Source: Botryllus schlosseri (taxonomy: Eukaryota). Taken from it: a stretch of 64,000 bases of DNA. The notes beneath the pieces are model-generated. The model did not search any database, was not told the DNA's origin, and worked only from the letters and a program-made list of their open reading frames with translations. Shown in pieces: positions 63,101 to 64,000 of this stretch. The stretch is taken from positions 32,056,001 through 32,120,000 of the forward strand of contig CM119371.1 of NCBI GenBank assembly GCA_051294905.1, read 5' to 3'. Position 1 is the stretch's first letter; every line of letters starts with the position of its first letter. Both the position numbers and the translations under genes were made by a program.

Positions 63101-63464
63101 CAATTTGTAACATAATTTTCAATTTTTTATAATAAATTCAAATTTTTTCAAACTCCAATAGCTTCACATCTACTCGTTGGAATCGAGCCGAATTTTGCGT
63201 GCAACATTTTTTCAGACAACCTAACAATTTTAGCTCGTAGCCGCAAAAATTTGACAAAAATTTTATTTTTGAACCACCCAAACGGTCATTCACATCCTAC
63301 TTAATACTGCATTTGACGACAATACTCACAGATTTCCGGCGATTCGTCGGATCTGTCCTGGCAATCATATTCGTTATCGCAAGTCCAGCCTTTGGCGATG
63401 CAATTTTGTTTGTCGCCGATCTGCTCTTTGCAAGTGAACTCGTTCGGCTTGCACGGCTCCGGAT
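8813..63464 (-). CDS. LRP1: LDL receptor-related protein 1-like receptor (LRP1/LRP1B family), partial: 50 exons, ~2,415 aa of the ectodomain
   Basis: Exons in transcript order: 63330-63464, 60111-60239, 59673-59810, 58570-58760, 57694-57895, 56469-56631, 56135-56295, 55346-55441, 51144-51311, 49089-49220, 48743-48890, 47603-47690, 47341-47485, 46623-46698, 45863-46085, 43734-43937, 43244-43394, 42269-42412, 41686-41937, 40326-40448, 38022-38117, 37016-37207, 34751-34896, 33589-33682, 32605-32724, 30849-31026, 30273-30448, 28710-28938, 26501-26668, 25457-25698, 22459-22637, 21974-22163, 21271-21397, 20512-20659, 18789-18884, 17465-17606, 16720-16858, 16494-16600, 15063-15191, 14840-14969, 14432-14522, 13814-13919, 12663-12772, 11949-12097, 11638-11737, 11486-11537, 10060-10161, 9813-9910, 9429-9579, 8813-9005. 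All junctions are GT-AG and in phase (7,249 nt). Module order (2 LDLa, 2 EGF, YWTD, EGF, YWTD, EGF, 8 LDLa, 2 EGF, YWTD-EGF x3, YWTD) matches LRP1 and not LRP2. Peptides such as [38 protein letters not shown] and [16 protein letters not shown] resemble vertebrate LRP1. Confidence 0.93.
15200..16430 (+). repeat. Satellite family E (~95-bp unit containing TTAATCTTGGATCCAAAGACAGATTT)
   Basis: Degenerate tandem copies; further arrays at ~18190-18680 and ~13590-13810 (reverse). Confidence 0.85.
16494..22163 (-). CDS. LRP1: LRP1 exons for divergent YWTD propeller 4 and EGF8
   Basis: [65 protein letters not shown]. The donor of exon 20512-20659 is ambiguous (in-phase GT sites give exon ends 20512, 20503 or 20497). 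Confidence 0.82.
22459..32724 (-). CDS. LRP1: LRP1 exons for EGF5-6, YWTD propeller 3 and EGF7
   Basis: [98 protein letters not shown]. Confidence 0.93.
22779..24521. mobile_element. Degenerate non-autonomous DNA transposon with TAGGG..GGAG termini (hAT-like)
   Basis: Left end TAGGGGTGGAGCCCGATT and right end AATTGGTCTCCGCCCTA are imperfect inverted repeats. It interrupts a family C satellite. No clear TSD. Confidence 0.5.
23040..23523 (+). mobile_element. 5'-truncated LINE 3' end (L2/Crack/CR1-group-like)
   Basis: Encodes [36 protein letters not shown], typical of the ORF2 C-terminus of this LINE group, followed by a 3'UTR, AATAAA and an (ATG)n tail. Confidence 0.7.
24522..25235 (+). repeat. 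Satellite family C (AGTAGTTCTAGTTCTAGTTGCGAATTTTG-type)
   Basis: Tandem array built on TTCTAG; related arrays at ~21565-21906, 38330-40210, 51340-55140, 57935-58226 and 61606-62206 (reverse). Confidence 0.88.
26690..28640 (+). repeat. Satellite family D (CTCAAGTAGATTTT subunits; ~146/106-bp higher-order units)
   Basis: Marker GTAATAATGGCTCGCGGCCACTTGTAC at ~27146, 27252, 27398, 27544, 27650, 27796, 27901 and 28046, with a one-base variant at 28192. Confidence 0.92.
33589..42412 (-). CDS. LRP1: LRP1 exons for ligand-binding LDLa cluster II (8 complement-type repeats, CR3-CR10)
   Basis: Eight six-cysteine repeats with the CDG..DC.D.SDE pattern across exons 42269-42412, 41686-41937 (two repeats), 40326-40448, 38022-38117, 37016-37207, 34751-34896 and 33589-33682. 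Confidence 0.93.
35040..36920 (+). repeat. Longest family B minisatellite array, with higher-order structure
   Basis: Blocks such as TTAGGTTAGAATTCGAATTATAGCTTCAGTTTTCGCC recur at regular intervals within the ~40-bp array. Confidence 0.9.
38330..40210 (+). repeat. (TTCTAG/TTCTAA)n hexamer-based satellite with ~173-bp higher-order unit
   Basis: Marker CAAGGTAATAGTTCAAGTTCCAG at 39301, 39474, 39647 and 39868. Confidence 0.92.
40832..41497. mobile_element. Palindromic MITE (family H, AAATTTGGTTCAATTCCA motifs)
   Basis: Left arm TTCTCAAATCGTTCTGGCTACTTGATAAAATTGTTAGGTTACCTAA is the inverted complement of right arm TTAGGTAACCTAACAATTTTATCAAGTAGCCAGTACGATTTGAGAA. Relatives at ~2790-3480, 17860-18000, 19570-19960, 37380-37930, 43500-43640, 45680-45830 and 62745-63280. 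Confidence 0.8.
43244..48890 (-). CDS. LRP1: LRP1 exons for YWTD beta-propeller 2 and EGF4
   Basis: [99 protein letters not shown]. Confidence 0.92.
43985..45660 (+). repeat. Satellite family F (~172-bp unit, AGGCCTACTTCAGCC subrepeats)
   Basis: Marker GGGGCTGCATTGA at ~44260, 44432, 44605, 44777, 44948 and 45120. Confidence 0.92.
49089..57895 (-). CDS. LRP1: LRP1 exons for YWTD beta-propeller 1 and EGF3
   Basis: [18 protein letters not shown]...[73 protein letters not shown]. Confidence 0.9.
49250..49320 (+). repeat. Short dispersed repeat family I (GCTGACACTCGTCAGGGGTAATCGTCAGCGACTAG)
   Basis: Copies at ~6750-6800 (reverse), 19183-19240, 30506-30660 (two), 46959-47040 and 58425-58470. 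Confidence 0.7.
49530..51106. mobile_element. Non-autonomous TIR element (TA-CCGT terminus, Tc1/mariner-pogo-like), copy 1, interrupted by a foldback element
   Basis: Left end TACCGTAAACCGGGGTAACTTTTGGAC; right end GTCCAGAGTTACCGAGGTTCACGGTG. Internal sequence is homologous to 60504-61605 in reverse orientation. Confidence 0.7.
49865..50762. mobile_element. Foldback (Mutator-like) element with long TIRs and inverted GGTTAGGG/CCCTAACC arrays; 8-bp TSD
   Basis: TIR GGCGCTTCTTCGATATACGCCCGAGATC ... GATCTCGGGCGTATATCGAAGAAGCGCC; direct repeat AAAATCTC at 49857-49864 and 50763-50770. Confidence 0.85.
51340..55140 (+). repeat. 3.8-kb family C satellite with near-identical higher-order repeats (~789, 705, 626 bp)
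   Basis: Marker CTCTAGTTGTGGTTGAAGATTTAGAAGCAAG occurs four times; the ORF-track peptides starting at 52443, 53232, 53937 and 54563 begin identically. Confidence 0.95.
58570..63464 (-). CDS. LRP1: LRP1 exons for LDLa cluster I (CR1, CR2) and EGF1-2
   Basis: [42 protein letters not shown] (63330-63464); [24 protein letters not shown] (60111-60239); EGF exons 59673-59810 and 58570-58760. Confidence 0.92.
58835..59643. mobile_element. MITE family A copy with expanded GACTCGAGTC palindromic subrepeats
   Basis: Dozens of GACTC/GAGTC motifs. The right end GTGAGATTGACTTGTGACTCGGAATCTTGTGACTTGGTTACAACC matches the family A terminal inverted repeat. Confidence 0.7.
60504..61605. mobile_element. Tc1/mariner-pogo-like non-autonomous TIR element, copy 2 (lacks the foldback insertion)
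   Basis: Ends GTCCGAAGTTACCCCGGTTTACGGTA; degenerate left end TACCAGCCTGTCGGGTAACTTTGGAC; reverse-complement homology to 49530-49860 and 50770-51000. Confidence 0.7.
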
Positions 63465-64000
63465 CTGAACGAAAACTTTCGGCTCGAATTCAAAGGGGAA
63501 ATGGCAGCACAAACTGCAATGAAGATTGGATAACTTTACAAAAATGCGTATTATCCTTCAACTTCTATCAGCTCAGTGAGTCAATATCAACGGGGAATGA
63601 ATTCACTCCGGCAGCATTTTCAGGAAAACCCCACGTTGGTCTAGAATTAAAATTGAGCATAAAAACATTTCAATTAGATTTGAATTGCAAAACCGGCACT
63701 TTGCACCAATTAGTCTAATTGAACAGCTAGAAATATATTATAGCTGTTGAAGTCTGCTATAAGCCAATCTCTGGTTCGCTGATTAAAGTGTGGGCGATTG
63801 ATAAAAGAAGGATGTTAATAGCTTTTAACACATCCAAGCGGTATAACCAAAACCATGGGCAGTCAGTTATTTTCAGTATGAAATTCAATCGCTAACTAGA
63901 AGGCATATTGAAGTGTCACAGTTATGCAAAGGACAGTGAGGGAATCAGCAAAATATTTATTTATTGTATCTACACAGTGATTATATTACCTACTATGTTA

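Noticed and set aside
8813..63464. Assignment as LRP2/megalin or vitellogenin receptor
   Set aside because: Two N-terminal LDLa repeats followed by an 8-repeat cluster, plus LRP1-like peptides, fit LRP1.

Overview
AT-rich, repeat-dense animal (invertebrate-type) genomic DNA, not prokaryotic. The minus strand carries the 5' half of an LRP1-like receptor gene. I assembled 50 GT-AG exons by hand from 63464 down to 8813, phase-consistent throughout and encoding about 2,415 aa: LDLa cluster I, two YWTD propellers, an 8-repeat LDLa cluster II, and propellers 3-6 with their EGF modules. The signal-peptide exon and the 3' half lie outside the window. The intron downstream of the last visible LRP1 exon contains an oppositely oriented 9-exon gene (803-7079, + strand) that the ORF track shows only in fragments. 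It encodes about 503 aa resembling the ZU5-ZU5-UPA supramodule of ankyrin/PIDD/DTHD1-type proteins, but it ends in a 29-aa tail with no death domain. Introns hold several satellite families, MITE-like elements, a LINE 3' remnant, and a foldback element with telomere-like arrays and a perfect 8-bp target-site duplication. All family assignments come from recalled motif similarity, not from database searches.
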